32,000 nt of DNA from Halalkalibacterium halodurans (GTDB taxonomy: Bacteria; Bacillota; Bacilli; Bacillales; Bacillaceae_D): assembly GCF_004376175.1 (NCBI RefSeq), contig NZ_SNUY01000037.1, positions 7,455-39,454 on the forward strand. The letters run 5' to 3'. Both the position numbers and the translations under genes were made by a program. A model generated the notes under the pieces. That model saw only the letters and a list, made by a program, of their open reading frames with translations, ran no database searches and was not told the origin of the DNA. Below are positions 18,043 to 27,929 of this stretch, in pieces. How positions within the stretch are numbered: position 1 is the stretch's first letter; each line of letters opens with the position of its first letter.

Positions 18043-19589
18043 ATGAGACGGACGAAGGGATTATCATCCATTGTAAAACGGAAGCGGCCCATTGATCAGG
18101 TTCATGAAGTGAACCATATTAGGGAAAATGAGATGCTATCTGAAAGTCTCGAGGAAAATAAAAAAAAATCAAAGAGCTGCTCGGAAATAGTAGCGATTTA
18201 GTTATTCGTGAGTTAATGATCATCCATGAACCAGAAATTAGTGGAGTTGCAGTGTTCATCAATGGTCTGGCTGATGAGCAACTGGTCAGCGAATGTATCG
18301 TCAGTGCGACTCTCCACCCTTCAAAGGAAGCTCACTACTTTAAGGAAGATACGAAGGATAAACGTCTTTCGATAATCGAAAAACAAATTTTATCGGTCGC
18401 GAGAGTACAGGCGTATGACTTGTGGAGTCCGATCATCCACTCGCTATTATCAGGCAATTCGATCGTACTAATCGATGGATTTGATAAAGCCTTAAGTTGC
18501 AGCACCCCTGGAAGCAAATGGCGCTCGATTGAGGAGCCTTCCACGGAAACGACGGTTCGCGGCCCGAAAGATGCATTCAATGAATCGCTGCAAACGAATC
18601 TTTCTCTCATTCGCAGAAGAGTAAAATCAAACCGTCTACGTGTGGAAAATACGGAGCTTGGCGAGACAACACATACCGATGTGGCCCTTGTTTATGTGGA
18701 CGATTTAGTTGACAAAAAACTCTTGCAAGAAATCAAACAACGTCTCAACCGTGTCATCACCCACAAAGTGATTAGCGAGGCTAATATTGAGGAAGCGATG
18801 CAGGACGAGATGCTAACACCATTTCCAACGATTTATAATACGGAGCGACCTGATATGGTGGCATATGCACTTGTGGAAGAGAAAGTCGCTTTAATTATTG
18901 ATGGAACGCCGTTTGCTTTAATTTTACCAACTGATTTCGCCCAGTTTTTTAAAGCGGCAGAAGACTATTACCAGCGGTATGATTTGTCGACGTTTATTCG
19001 TTTATTGCGTTACTTTGCTTTTACTGTTTCATTACTCGGTCCTTCTTTGTATGTAGCCTTGATTACATTTCATCAAGATTTAATCCCAACAACGCTGCTA
19101 ATCCGATTGGCATCACAACGAGAGGGGATCCCCTTTCCTGCCTTGGTTGAAGCGCTTATTATGGAATTTACCTTTGAATTACTTCGTGAAGCAGGATTGC
19201 GAATGCCTCGGGCAATTGGTCAGGCAGTATCGATTGTCGGAGCTCTTGTCATTGGTCAAGCAGCGGTGCAAGCGGGAATTGTATCGGCCTCGATGGTCAT
19301 CGTCGTGGCAGCGACCGGGATCGCAAGCTTTACAACACCGGCATATAACTTAGCCGTTGCCGCTCGTTTATTGCGTTTTTTTATGATGCTACTCGCTGCT
19401 ACTTTCGGCTTATATGGGATTATTTTAGGGCTTATTATGCTTGTTGCTCATTTATCGAGTTTGCGTTCCGTTGGAATGCCTTACTTTGCACCATTTGCTC
19501 CGTTCAGTATGAAAGCACAAAAAGACGGACTGTTTCGCCTACCGTTAAAATGGCTTGATAAGAGACATGTAGAAGACAAAAACAGTTAA
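18043..19589 (+). pseudogene. Spore germinant receptor A subunit (GerAA/GerKA family), frameshifted at an A9 tract
   Basis: ATG 18043 follows GGGGAGAGAG and encodes MRRTKGL...LSESLEENKKK in frame 1, stopping at 18199. The conserved continuation KIKELLGNSSDLVIREL plus the 457-aa body (TM-rich C-terminus) is in frame 0. The switch point is A9 at 18160-18168; A10 would restore a single ORF. Confidence 0.8.
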
Positions 19590-19622
19590 GTTTTTAGCTA
19601 GATTAGAAAGGGACGAACGCTT

Positions 19623-20822
19623 ATGAGATGGCGCAAAACTCAGCTACTGGTTCTTTTCTTCGCGACTCTACTGATGTCAAGCTGCTGGGATGCTAGTGAG
19701 TTGTCGGATTTGTCGATTATTTCTGGTGTCGGAATCGATAAAGGGGAAAACGGAACGTACAAAGTGTCATTCCAAATTATCAATCCTTCAGAAGTATCAG
19801 CCGATGAAGATGGGGTTCAGCAAGGATCAACGTCAACGGTCGTCATTTCCAGTGTCGGAAACTCTATTTTCGAAGCAGTTCGAAAAGCATCGGAGCAGTT
19901 GTCTCGTCGTATTTATTCTCCCCATACGAATTTGGTCGTTATCGGAGAGGACTTTGCAAGAGAGGAAGGTTTAAATAAAGCCCTCGATTGGTTCGAGCGC
20001 GATCACGCCTTTCGAACGAACATCCCGATGGTCATTGCGAGAGGAAGTACAGCGGAAGAAGTCCTTCTCGTCCAGTCTCCTTTTGAGCGGATTCCTGCAA
20101 AAAAAATTGATGAAGCGATTAAAACCTCAGGAGCCGTATGGGGAGAGACGAAAGAAGTGGAAATCCAAGATGTGATTATTAATCAGCTAAGAATGGGCCG
20201 GGAAAATACGATCAGCGGAATCAAAATTGTTGGAGACTTATCTGAAGCAGTGGAAGGGGAGGGGCTAGGTAAATCAAAGCCACCTGTCATTTTGCAAGCT
20301 GCCGGAATGGCCATGTTCAGAGATGGTCATTTACACTCGTGGTTAGATCACAAAGCTGCGAGGGGGACCAATTGGATTGACAATGCGATTGAAAGTACTG
20401 TGGTTACGTTGCCATGCCATAACGATGAAAAAATAGCGATTGAAATTATCCAGTCTAATGCACAAATGGAAGCTAAGATGACGGATCAAGAAACGTTGGA
20501 AATAAACCTAACCATTTTTGCAGAAGGAAACATCGGGGAAGTTAATTGCCGTGTTGATCTGACTGTCATTGAAAACATCCATAAGGTGGAAAAACAACTA
20601 GAGGACGAAATTCGCAGCGAGGCACTAGAAGCGATTCAAATTAGTCAAGAGGAGCAAATCGATATTTTCGGGTTTGGGGAAGAGGTGCATCGTAAGTATC
20701 CTGATCAATGGAAGATGCTTAAAGATCAGTGGAATGAGCATTTTGCCGAGCTTCAAGTTAATGTCCAAGTAAATACGTTTATTCGCCGAACAGGATTCCG
20801 AAACAATCCGTTCATCGAATAA
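19623..20822 (+). CDS. Spore germinant receptor C subunit lipoprotein (Ger(x)C family)
   Basis: Signal peptide with lipobox LLMSSC. About 400 aa with typical GerC pattern (DLSIISGVGIDK...). It sits between the A and B subunits. Confidence 0.85.
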   Translation: MRWRKTQLLVLFFATLLMSSCWDASELSDLSIISGVGIDKGENGTYKVSFQIINPSEVSADEDGVQQGSTSTVVISSVGNSIFEAVRKASEQLSRRIYSPHTNLVVIGEDFAREEGLNKALDWFERDHAFRTNIPMVIARGSTAEEVLLVQSPFERIPAKKIDEAIKTSGAVWGETKEVEIQDVIINQLRMGRENTISGIKIVGDLSEAVEGEGLGKSKPPVILQAAGMAMFRDGHLHSWLDHKAARGTNWIDNAIESTVVTLPCHNDEKIAIEIIQSNAQMEAKMTDQETLEINLTIFAEGNIGEVNCRVDLTVIENIHKVEKQLEDEIRSEALEAIQISQEEQIDIFGFGEEVHRKYPDQWKMLKDQWNEHFAELQVNVQVNTFIRRTGFRNNPFIE

Positions 20823-20843
20823 ATTGAATCGAGGAGATATCCG

Positions 20844-21965
20844 ATGAAGAATGGAACGACGATTAGCACATATCAATTTTTTTCCATGATTGTATTGTTT
20901 GAATTAGGGAGCGCCATTGTCGTCGGAGTGGGGCTAGACGCAGGACAAGATGCATGGATTACGGTTCTAACAGCAATGCTAGCAGGGTTAGTGCTTTATT
21001 GTGTTTTGTATTACTTGCATAGCCACTTTCCAAGCGATACTTGGATCGCCTATTTGCAAAAAGTTCTTACGGTCCCGATCGGTTGGTTCATCGGTTTTCT
21101 CTATTGTCTTTATTTCATTTACATTGCTACGAGGGTTTTACGTGATTTTGGCGACTTGTTAACCACGTCCATGCTAACAGACACCCCGCTCATGGTGATT
21201 AATTTAATGATGGTTTTGGTCATTGTCTACGTTTTGTTTCATGGCATAAATGTACTTGCGAGAACGGGAGAGTTTTTTCTCATCATTTTATTTTTCATCG
21301 GCTTTTTTTCCGTCACGCTTATATTTAGTACAGACCTTTACAACATAAAAAATCTGCTGCCCATTTTAGAAAATGGCTGGATACCTGTCCTGAGACAAGC
21401 GTTCCCTGTTACGTTTACGTTTCCGTTCGGAGAAATTATTGTTTTTACAATGCTTTTTCATTTTTTAAACAAAAAAGAGATGGGATTTCGGTTTGGTCTT
21501 CTGGCGATCAGCGTGAGCGGACTACTGCTTGCACTAACGACGATTTTATACATTATTGTATTAGGGGTAGATATTACGAATCGGGCCACGTTTCCACTGT
21601 TAACGATGGTAGGGAAAATCCAAGCGGCCGACTTTATCGAGCGGCTCGATGCTTTAGCGGTAACCGTGCTAGTCGTTGCCATGTTCTTTAAAGTAGCCAT
21701 CTTTTTTTATGCCGGAGTCGCTGGAATTAGTGAGTTGTTTAAAGTGGACAAGTTCCAAAAAATCTTACCTCTTTTCGGTGCGATCCTTGTATTTAATTCT
21801 ATACAAATTGCGGCCAATTTTAGTGAACATTTAAAAGAAGGGTTGGAGGTTGTTCCATATTATCTCCATTTACCGTTCCAAGTAGGGATTCCTTTGATTG
21901 TGTTAGGAATTCTACTCATTCAGAAAAAGATGGGGAAAGTGAAAAACTCAAGCTCACTTTCATGA
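20844..21965 (+). CDS. Spore germinant receptor B subunit (GerAB/GerKB, APC-superfamily membrane protein)
   Basis: ATG follows GAGGAGA. Begins with ISTYQFFSMIVLFELGSAIV. A 10-TM-like 373-aa protein. Confidence 0.85.
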   Translation: MKNGTTISTYQFFSMIVLFELGSAIVVGVGLDAGQDAWITVLTAMLAGLVLYCVLYYLHSHFPSDTWIAYLQKVLTVPIGWFIGFLYCLYFIYIATRVLRDFGDLLTTSMLTDTPLMVINLMMVLVIVYVLFHGINVLARTGEFFLIILFFIGFFSVTLIFSTDLYNIKNLLPILENGWIPVLRQAFPVTFTFPFGEIIVFTMLFHFLNKKEMGFRFGLLAISVSGLLLALTTILYIIVLGVDITNRATFPLLTMVGKIQAADFIERLDALAVTVLVVAMFFKVAIFFYAGVAGISELFKVDKFQKILPLFGAILVFNSIQIAANFSEHLKEGLEVVPYYLHLPFQVGIPLIVLGILLIQKKMGKVKNSSSLS

Positions 21966-22190
21966 GGAACGTTTACCGTAAAAGCTGGAAGCCATATAAG
22001 TCGTTCCAATCAGTGCGAAGAAGATCATCGACCAAAAAATAAGTCTCTCTGACTGAGCCATCACTTGAAACGGGTGTAAAAAATAGGTTATTGAGCGATT
22101 GAATGATACCCCTGTCAACAAATTCATAATTAAGTTATTAACCATGAGGATCGCGAAAACAAAGAGTGAAATCATGATAATTTTAATCAT
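21960..22190 (-). CDS. Small hypothetical two-TM membrane protein
   Basis: 76-aa ORF with SD AGAGGTG before its ATG and two hydrophobic segments. It converges on gerB with a 6-nt overlap. No recognisable family. Confidence 0.4.
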   Translation of the reverse strand: MIKIIMISLFVFAILMVNNLIMNLLTGVSFNRSITYFLHPFQVMAQSERLIFWSMIFFALIGTTYMASSFYGKRSS

Positions 22191-22348
22191 AGTACACCTC
22201 TAAAAGACCGTCTTTAGATTAGTGTAGGCCAGTTGAAAGGGATCATGTAAGGATAAAAAAGGAACCTTTCCATTGACAGTTGCATCATCTCGGTTGGTAT
22301 ACTTAAGGGGTGTGATAGATCGTATTTGCGGAGAAGGGGAGCTTCATT

Positions 22349-23245
22349 GTGCGGATTAAGTTTGTAACGGCTGTGTTTCTAGGAGCTTGCTCATACGGGG
22401 TTTTGTCCACTCTTGTAAAGCTTGCATACGAAAATGGAGTTCCTACAGCGGTGGTGACCTCGAGTCAATTTCTGATCGGATGGTTTTTGTTAGCAGCATT
22501 GTTAGCCTTTACGCAAAAGAAGCAAAGGCTAACAATGAAAGAAAAAATCCAATTGATGTTAGCTGGCATTCCTACAGGCCTTGTGGGGATTTTTTACTAC
22601 TTATCCCTTGTCACAATTGAGGCATCAGTAGCCATCATCCTTTTATTTCAATTCGTATGGATAGGGGTTGTCCTTGAAAGTTTAATCAATCGCCAGTTTC
22701 CAACGAAAAAAACGGTCGGTTCCCTTATCATTTTGTTAATTGGCACCGTGTTAGCTAGCGGTAACTCGTGGTTTAATCAAGGGACGGTTCATTGGCTCGG
22801 TGTTTTGTTCGGTTTACTGGCGGCTGTTTCGTTTGCCCTGTTCATCCTAGCAAACGCAAAAGTATTGCCCCAACTACCCACCGTTCAACGGAGTTATTAC
22901 ATGGTGTCAGGCAGCTTAATGGCCGTTTTATTCATTTTTGGACCACAGCTTATCCATCAGCCCTTTGCAACGTACGGACAACTTGGTTGGTATGGAGTGT
23001 TGCTCGGACTTTTTGGCGTTTGTATTCCGCCATTGTTGTTTGCCTATGGGATGCCGCAAATCGGTTCAGGCTTAGGCAGTATTCTTAGTTCGATCGAGTT
23101 ACCTGTCGCTGTTCTCCTGTCAGTGATCGTTTTAAAAGAAACTGTAATATTGTCCCAATGGCTCGGTGTTTTCTTTATTTTTCTTGCCATCATCCTCCCG
23201 AATATAGAATGGAAAAAAGAACAGCTGGCCAAAAACCCTCTTTAA
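22349..23245 (+). CDS. EamA/DMT-superfamily transporter
   Basis: GTG start follows GAAGGGGAG. A 298-aa polytopic membrane protein with two EamA-like halves. Confidence 0.75.
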   Translation: MRIKFVTAVFLGACSYGVLSTLVKLAYENGVPTAVVTSSQFLIGWFLLAALLAFTQKKQRLTMKEKIQLMLAGIPTGLVGIFYYLSLVTIEASVAIILLFQFVWIGVVLESLINRQFPTKKTVGSLIILLIGTVLASGNSWFNQGTVHWLGVLFGLLAAVSFALFILANAKVLPQLPTVQRSYYMVSGSLMAVLFIFGPQLIHQPFATYGQLGWYGVLLGLFGVCIPPLLFAYGMPQIGSGLGSILSSIELPVAVLLSVIVLKETVILSQWLGVFFIFLAIILPNIEWKKEQLAKNPL

Positions 23246-23261
23246 TGAACCGAAGAGGGTT
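23234..23261. terminator. Hairpin between convergent genes (terminator mainly for the minus-strand gene)
   Basis: AACCCTCTT (23234-42) pairs with AAGAGGGTT (23253-61) as a perfect 9-bp stem. A T5 run follows on the minus strand only. Confidence 0.55.
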
Positions 23262-23279
23262 CCTTAATCTGGAATTGGA

Positions 23280-23912
23280 TTATGAGGGATGAATCATTTT
23301 TTCAAGATAAGCGCGAATCGCCATGACATTGTCAGAGATCGCCCGTTCTCTAGCTTCATCGTCTGCTTGCTTTTTCTTCGCTTTTTGTAAAACGTTCTTT
23401 TCTTGTCCTTTCGGTATCACTGTAACGCCATCAGCGTCGCCTACAATGAGATCATCTGGCCGAATCGGTACGCCACCGCAAGAAATGGGCACGTTGATAT
23501 TCCCAATACCTGTTTTCTGGCTAGCAGCAATCGTCGTCCCTCGGCAAAAAATCGGGAAATTTAGCCCTTTACTCGCTCGTATGTCACGGATTGCTCCATC
23601 AACCACAAATCCTGCGATTCCAAGAGTCTTCGCCATTCCTAATACAAAATCACCAGCAATCGCTCGGGTACAGTCTCCTTTAGCATCAATGACAATCACA
23701 TCCCCTGGCGATGCTTCATACATGGCTTTGAGCACAGCAAGGTTATCACCAGTAGCTACTTGGACCGTTCGAGCTGGTCCAACCACTTGATCGTTTTCGT
23801 TTAACGGCTTTATGCTGGAGGTTAGATTGGTGAGACCGTCTAAGGCATCTGATATACATGTCGTCGGAATTGTGCGGAACTGCGTAATGAAATCAATCTC
23901 TGCTTGTGACAT
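23280..23912 (-). CDS. RraA-family protein / 4-hydroxy-4-methyl-2-oxoglutarate aldolase-like
   Basis: ATG 23912 lies 8 nt after GGAAGGAG and is preferred over the ORF-track start at 23951. Motifs: CISDALDG, PGDVIVIDA, AIAGDF, GFVVDGAIRD, GDADGV. Confidence 0.8.
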   Translation of the reverse strand: MSQAEIDFITQFRTIPTTCISDALDGLTNLTSSIKPLNENDQVVGPARTVQVATGDNLAVLKAMYEASPGDVIVIDAKGDCTRAIAGDFVLGMAKTLGIAGFVVDGAIRDIRASKGLNFPIFCRGTTIAASQKTGIGNINVPISCGGVPIRPDDLIVGDADGVTVIPKGQEKNVLQKAKKKQADDEARERAISDNVMAIRAYLEKMIHPS

Positions 23913-24269
23913 TAAAATCGCTCCTTCCAGTGTAATGGTTCTGTCTTCCATTTTGTATATCTTTACTATAGCAAATAGTGCTATTGATCACGTATGAAAG
24001 CTCAATATTTCGTTATTTAAAAATCTTTAGTATTTTGATAACAAAAACTTATCAGACGTGTAAAGAGAAGAGGAAGCACAGCTGGGAGAAGCTAAAGGAA
24101 AAGAAAGCTCGCTAGTTGGAAGAGGGGAGAAAGTGTTTATTATGTGGAGACTATAGAGCTATGCTACTAAAAAGATACGGTTATTATGAATTTATACTAA
24201 CTGAAATCGAAACGCGAGGAGAGTTACAGAATTTAAAGTAAAAAGAACCGATGATGGGCAGTTAATTAA

Positions 24270-24743
24270 GTTGATCGAGCACAATTGAAGTTGCCCCTTT
24301 TGATTTTGCCACCAGAGTTTATTGATCGAGGGCGTAAAGAAAAGTGGTTTTTAGATCTGCACACACCATCACTAAACCAACTTGTCCTTGCACGTTTTAT
24401 TCAAGAAGGTCATTTAGAGCGACATTTAATGAAAATGCGAAAATCTTATAAGAAAAAAAGAGATCGCCTGATCGATTGTTTACATGACGCATTTACTGGA
24501 GAAATGAAAGTACTTGGTGCATCCACCGGCCTGCATCTTATCGTTGAGTTCAGAGGCCGAACATTCACAGAACGAACGATGGAGCGGATGCGTACTTGTG
24601 GTGTTTTCGTTGACTCTGTCGAAAGTCATGCGATTAAAAAAGGAAGTCAACTTGAACGAATCATTTTAGGCTATGGTCACTTGTCAATGGAACAAATCGA
24701 AGAGGGAGTGAGAAGACTTCAACAAGCCTTGACATTTGATTAA
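24270..24743 (+). pseudogene. C-terminal remnant of a MocR/GntR-family PLP-dependent (aminotransferase-like) regulator
   Basis: LKLPLLILPPEFIDRGRKEKWFLDLHTPSLNQLVLARFIQEGHLERHLMKMRKSYKKKRDRL...GLHLIVEF matches only the last about 150 aa of about 470-aa MocR proteins. An in-frame stop lies at 24267. No wHTH domain or Lys-PLP region is found upstream. Confidence 0.6.
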
Positions 24744-25083
24744 AATGAGCAAAGTAAAGGGGATTTTATTCCTCGCTTCAGGATGTGACATTCTTAATCT
24801 TGTTATCTTAAGCCCTGAAGTAGAAGACTTAGCGCAAGTGAAATAGGTTAAAAAATCGTTCTAAGTTGTCATTTCAAACAAATTCCATTAAAGTATAAGT
24901 ACGTCTTCTCGATTCATCGATTCGCTATAAATCAGCTGAGCGTTAGATCGCTAGTGACAAATGTTTTAAAGGTACAAAAAATTCACGAAATCTCCCTTTC
25001 TATTTTCCTTTGTTTTATGATACGTTCAGTTTTGGAATGTTGCATTTAATTCGAAATGAAAGGGAACAAGGAAGGGGTGTTAT

Positions 25084-25497
25084 ATGAGCAAAAAGGTTGA
25101 AAACCTCATGCTTGGCTCTTGGCTTACGGCATTAACGGCGATGCTTGGCTCGCTTTATTTTTCTGAAATTAGGATGTACGAGCCTTGTACCCTGTGTTGG
25201 TACCAGCGCATCATCATGTATCCGCTCGTACTCATTCTTTTTATTGGCTATCTTAAACGGGATGTCAACGTGGCGTTGTACTCCCTCTGGTTTTCGCTCA
25301 TCGGGATGTTCACGTCGCTCTATCATTATTCAATACAAAAGCTCCCATTTTTAACGGATGCCGCTCCCGCTTGTGGTCGGGTTCCGTGTACAGGTCAGTA
25401 TATCAATTGGTTCGGCTTTGTGACGATTCCATTTTTAGCTTTTACAGCATTTGTCATTATTTTCATTTGCAGTTTACTCATTATTCGTGAGAAGTAG
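25084..25497 (+). CDS. bdbC: Disulfide bond formation protein (DsbB-like, BdbC-type)
   Basis: 137 aa with 4 TM segments. CTLCWYQR active-site motif in the first loop and a second Cys pair (ACGRVPC). Confidence 0.85.
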   Translation: MSKKVENLMLGSWLTALTAMLGSLYFSEIRMYEPCTLCWYQRIIMYPLVLILFIGYLKRDVNVALYSLWFSLIGMFTSLYHYSIQKLPFLTDAAPACGRVPCTGQYINWFGFVTIPFLAFTAFVIIFICSLLIIREK

Positions 25498-25508
25498 GAG
25501 GATGACCA

Positions 25509-25979
25509 TTGAAAAAGTTAGCCATTTTTGGAAGCATTATTGTGTTATTATTTGTAGCGATTGCGGTTGTTACCAACTTATCGCAAAAGCAACAAATTGA
25601 AGGGAATCCGTTTGGTAAGGAGACATTGGATCCGACTACAATTGAGCTGTTAGACGATCCAAATTATCAAAATGTGATTTTACCAGATGAATTGGAAGAC
25701 ATTTTAGCAGGAGAAGGGGAAGCAACGGTTTATTTCTACGCCTCTGATTGCCCTTATTGTAAAGAAGCAACACCGCGCCTCGTTCCGATTGCTGAAGATT
25801 TAGGAATTGACCTTGTCCAGTATAATGTGAAGGAATTTCAACAGGGATGGAATGACTACAACATCGAGTCTACACCAACGATCATTCATTTTGAAAATGG
25901 TGAAGAAGTGGCTCGGCTTGTAGGTAGTCACTCTGACGAAGGATTCACGTTATTCTTAGAAGAAAACGTACTCGATTAA
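25509..25979 (+). CDS. Membrane-anchored thioredoxin-family thiol-disulfide oxidoreductase
   Basis: TTG start follows GGAGGA. N-terminal TM anchor; Trx-fold active site YASDCPYCKEATP; cis-Pro context STPTII. Confidence 0.8.
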   Translation: MKKLAIFGSIIVLLFVAIAVVTNLSQKQQIEGNPFGKETLDPTTIELLDDPNYQNVILPDELEDILAGEGEATVYFYASDCPYCKEATPRLVPIAEDLGIDLVQYNVKEFQQGWNDYNIESTPTIIHFENGEEVARLVGSHSDEGFTLFLEENVLD

Positions 25980-26013
25980 CGATGTGGAAAAAGGGCTGGG
26001 ACAGAACACAGTG

Positions 26014-26061
26014 AATAAGAGTGGCACTTTCACCGCCGGTGAGTGCCACTCTTATTTTTCT
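26014..26061 (+). terminator. Rho-independent terminator
   Basis: AATAAGAGTGGCACT (26014-28) pairs with AGTGCCACTCTTATT (26042-56) as a perfect 15-bp stem. TTTTCT follows. Confidence 0.85.
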
Positions 26062-26107
26062 GGTGTTTTGTAGTTTGAAGAAACCATTCAAAGGAAGGAG
26101 AAGGGTC

Positions 26108-26632
26108 ATGCTCCTTGAGACACCTGAGCTTCGCCTACGCAAAACAACAACGGAGGACCTAGCGTTTGTTTTAAAGTTAGAAGCGATCGAGGAAAATAAA
26201 CGATATATTATTCCGTGGGATGAAAGAAAGCATCAACAGACCTTGGAAGATCGAGATTGTCTACACCTTATGATTGAAAGTAAAAAAGCAGGAAAAACGG
26301 TCGGCTACGTCATTCTCCACGGTGTACACAATGAAAATGATAGCATTGAGCTTGTTAGACTTACGATCCATGACAAGGAAAAAGGGTTTGGACAACAGGT
26401 GCTTAGTCTAATGAAACAATGGGTTTTTACAGAGGCAAAGGCCAACCGATTATGGCTTGATGTGAAGACAAACAATGCTCGTGCAATGCACGTATATGAA
26501 AAGCAAGGATTTGTCCTAGAAGGGACACTTCGAGAATGTTTAAAAAGTAAATATGGTTTCGAATCCTTGAATGTGATGAGCGTATTAAAGAGTGAATACG
26601 AGGAAGAACAGAAGAAAAAAGAACTACTATGA
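26108..26632 (+). CDS. GNAT-family N-acetyltransferase (RimJ/RimL-like)
   Basis: ATG 26108 follows GGAAGGAGAAGGG. The ORF-track start at 26021 lies inside the terminator. Pattern TPELRLRKTTTEDL...; GFGQQ...; A.R.YEK.GF..EG. Confidence 0.8.
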   Translation: MLLETPELRLRKTTTEDLAFVLKLEAIEENKRYIIPWDERKHQQTLEDRDCLHLMIESKKAGKTVGYVILHGVHNENDSIELVRLTIHDKEKGFGQQVLSLMKQWVFTEAKANRLWLDVKTNNARAMHVYEKQGFVLEGTLRECLKSKYGFESLNVMSVLKSEYEEEQKKKELL

Positions 26633-26957
26633 AAAAAATAATCTTAAATTGTTACCTGCTAGGAATGATAAACTTCACTTGCGCTTTTGGTATTGTTTAA
26701 ATTTATTGTAAAAAGAACGCATGAAGTGTTTAAGTCAAAGCAGCAGTCAAGTATTCATTTCAATGGTGCAAAACGTAAAGCTCGTTCCAAGCTGGACGAT
26801 TGTTTCGACCTAACGAAAAAAGACAGTATACTGTTGAGACCGTTGTTTTAACAGGTCATAGGAAGAAAGCAAGGTTTTCTAAAAGACTTCAAATTTTTTT
26901 CACAATCTAGTGGTAGAATAACAAACAGAGTGAGTTTATGACGAAGGAGAAACATGA

Positions 26958-27929
26958 ATGAACCAGAGCCGATTGATTTGTTTCGTTGCACTGCTGTTTA
27001 TGTTGAGTGGGTGCCAAGGAAAACATGTGACGATTCCAGAAGAAGATGGTCCTATGGTCGTCGTCTCCCATATAAAAGAATCGACCTTTTCCTTTATTAG
27101 CAAAAACAAGATGGAGTTGCTAGAAACCGAGGAAAGTCCCTATCCATTGACCGCGATGGTGGACATCGAGGGTGGACATATTGTGGTTACAAGTCAAACG
27201 GAAGACACGCTTTTTTTATTTGATACGGTTCAAGGGAAGATCCTGCCGTTTATAACGCTAAATAAAGGCTTAACCGTGATGGAATTTGATCGAGCCAAAC
27301 GGATGCTATTTGTCGCTGATACGTTAAATGATGAAATCATCCAAATTGATGTGGACAAACGAGAGGTACAGACGCGGATCGCAATCGATTGTTCACCAAC
27401 GGATCTGCAAGTAATCGATGATCTGTTATTTATTTTGAGCAGTGAGACAAGTACGGTCTTTATCTACGATATGCGATCGGAAACGATGATCCAATCATTT
27501 TCGGTTACCGAACGACCAGCAGGGATGTTTTATGATGGATCTCATCTATGGATCGGTGGACATGGGCCTTACGGGGATTTAAACAAACGAATCTTCGCGT
27601 ATAACATAAAAACAGGTGTAATTGATCAGGAAGTTGAAGTGGGCCTAATGCCAATTACGATTTATCAAGACCAGCACGACACCTATGTATACGTTCTCTG
27701 CCATGGAGATGATGCTTTGTACAAAGTAGATCTAGACGCAAAGCGTGTCGAGGCATCCCTCTCAGTTGGTCATAATCCTTATTATCTAAAAGGGGACGGC
27801 GATCATTTGTACGTGAGCAATTTGGACGATGATACTTTTTCCATCATTGAACGAACAACATTTCAGGTAGTAAATGAGATTAATGTGCCAGCAGGGCCTT
27901 ACGCCATTGTTTTGGAGGAAGAAGAATGA
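26958..27929 (+). CDS. Secreted lipoprotein with YVTN/YncE-like beta-propeller repeats
   Basis: ATG follows GAAGGAG. Lipobox MLSGC. Repeated units of about 40 aa, e.g. LFVADTLNDEIIQIDV, LFILSSETSTVFIYDM, VYVLCHGDDALYKVDL, LYVSNLDDDTFSIIE. The stop overlaps the regulator start (ATGA). Confidence 0.7.
   Translation: MNQSRLICFVALLFMLSGCQGKHVTIPEEDGPMVVVSHIKESTFSFISKNKMELLETEESPYPLTAMVDIEGGHIVVTSQTEDTLFLFDTVQGKILPFITLNKGLTVMEFDRAKRMLFVADTLNDEIIQIDVDKREVQTRIAIDCSPTDLQVIDDLLFILSSETSTVFIYDMRSETMIQSFSVTERPAGMFYDGSHLWIGGHGPYGDLNKRIFAYNIKTGVIDQEVEVGLMPITIYQDQHDTYVYVLCHGDDALYKVDLDAKRVEASLSVGHNPYYLKGDGDHLYVSNLDDDTFSIIERTTFQVVNEINVPAGPYAIVLEEEE

Noticed and set aside
22273-22303. TTGACA ... TGgTATACT promoter for the second EamA gene
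   Set aside because: The 19-nt spacer is longer than usual. It is plausible but not well enough supported to list as a feature.
23323-23790. 155-aa ORF on the + strand
   Set aside because: It lies entirely antisense to the well-supported RraA-family gene. It has an Ala/Ser/Pro/Thr-rich low-complexity composition and no SD, so it is a shadow ORF.
24161-24241. 26-codon ORF (MLLKRYGYYEFILTEIETRGELQNLK) in the RraA/MocR intergenic region
   Set aside because: It has only a marginal SD, no conservation evidence, and lies in what looks like deletion-scarred DNA.
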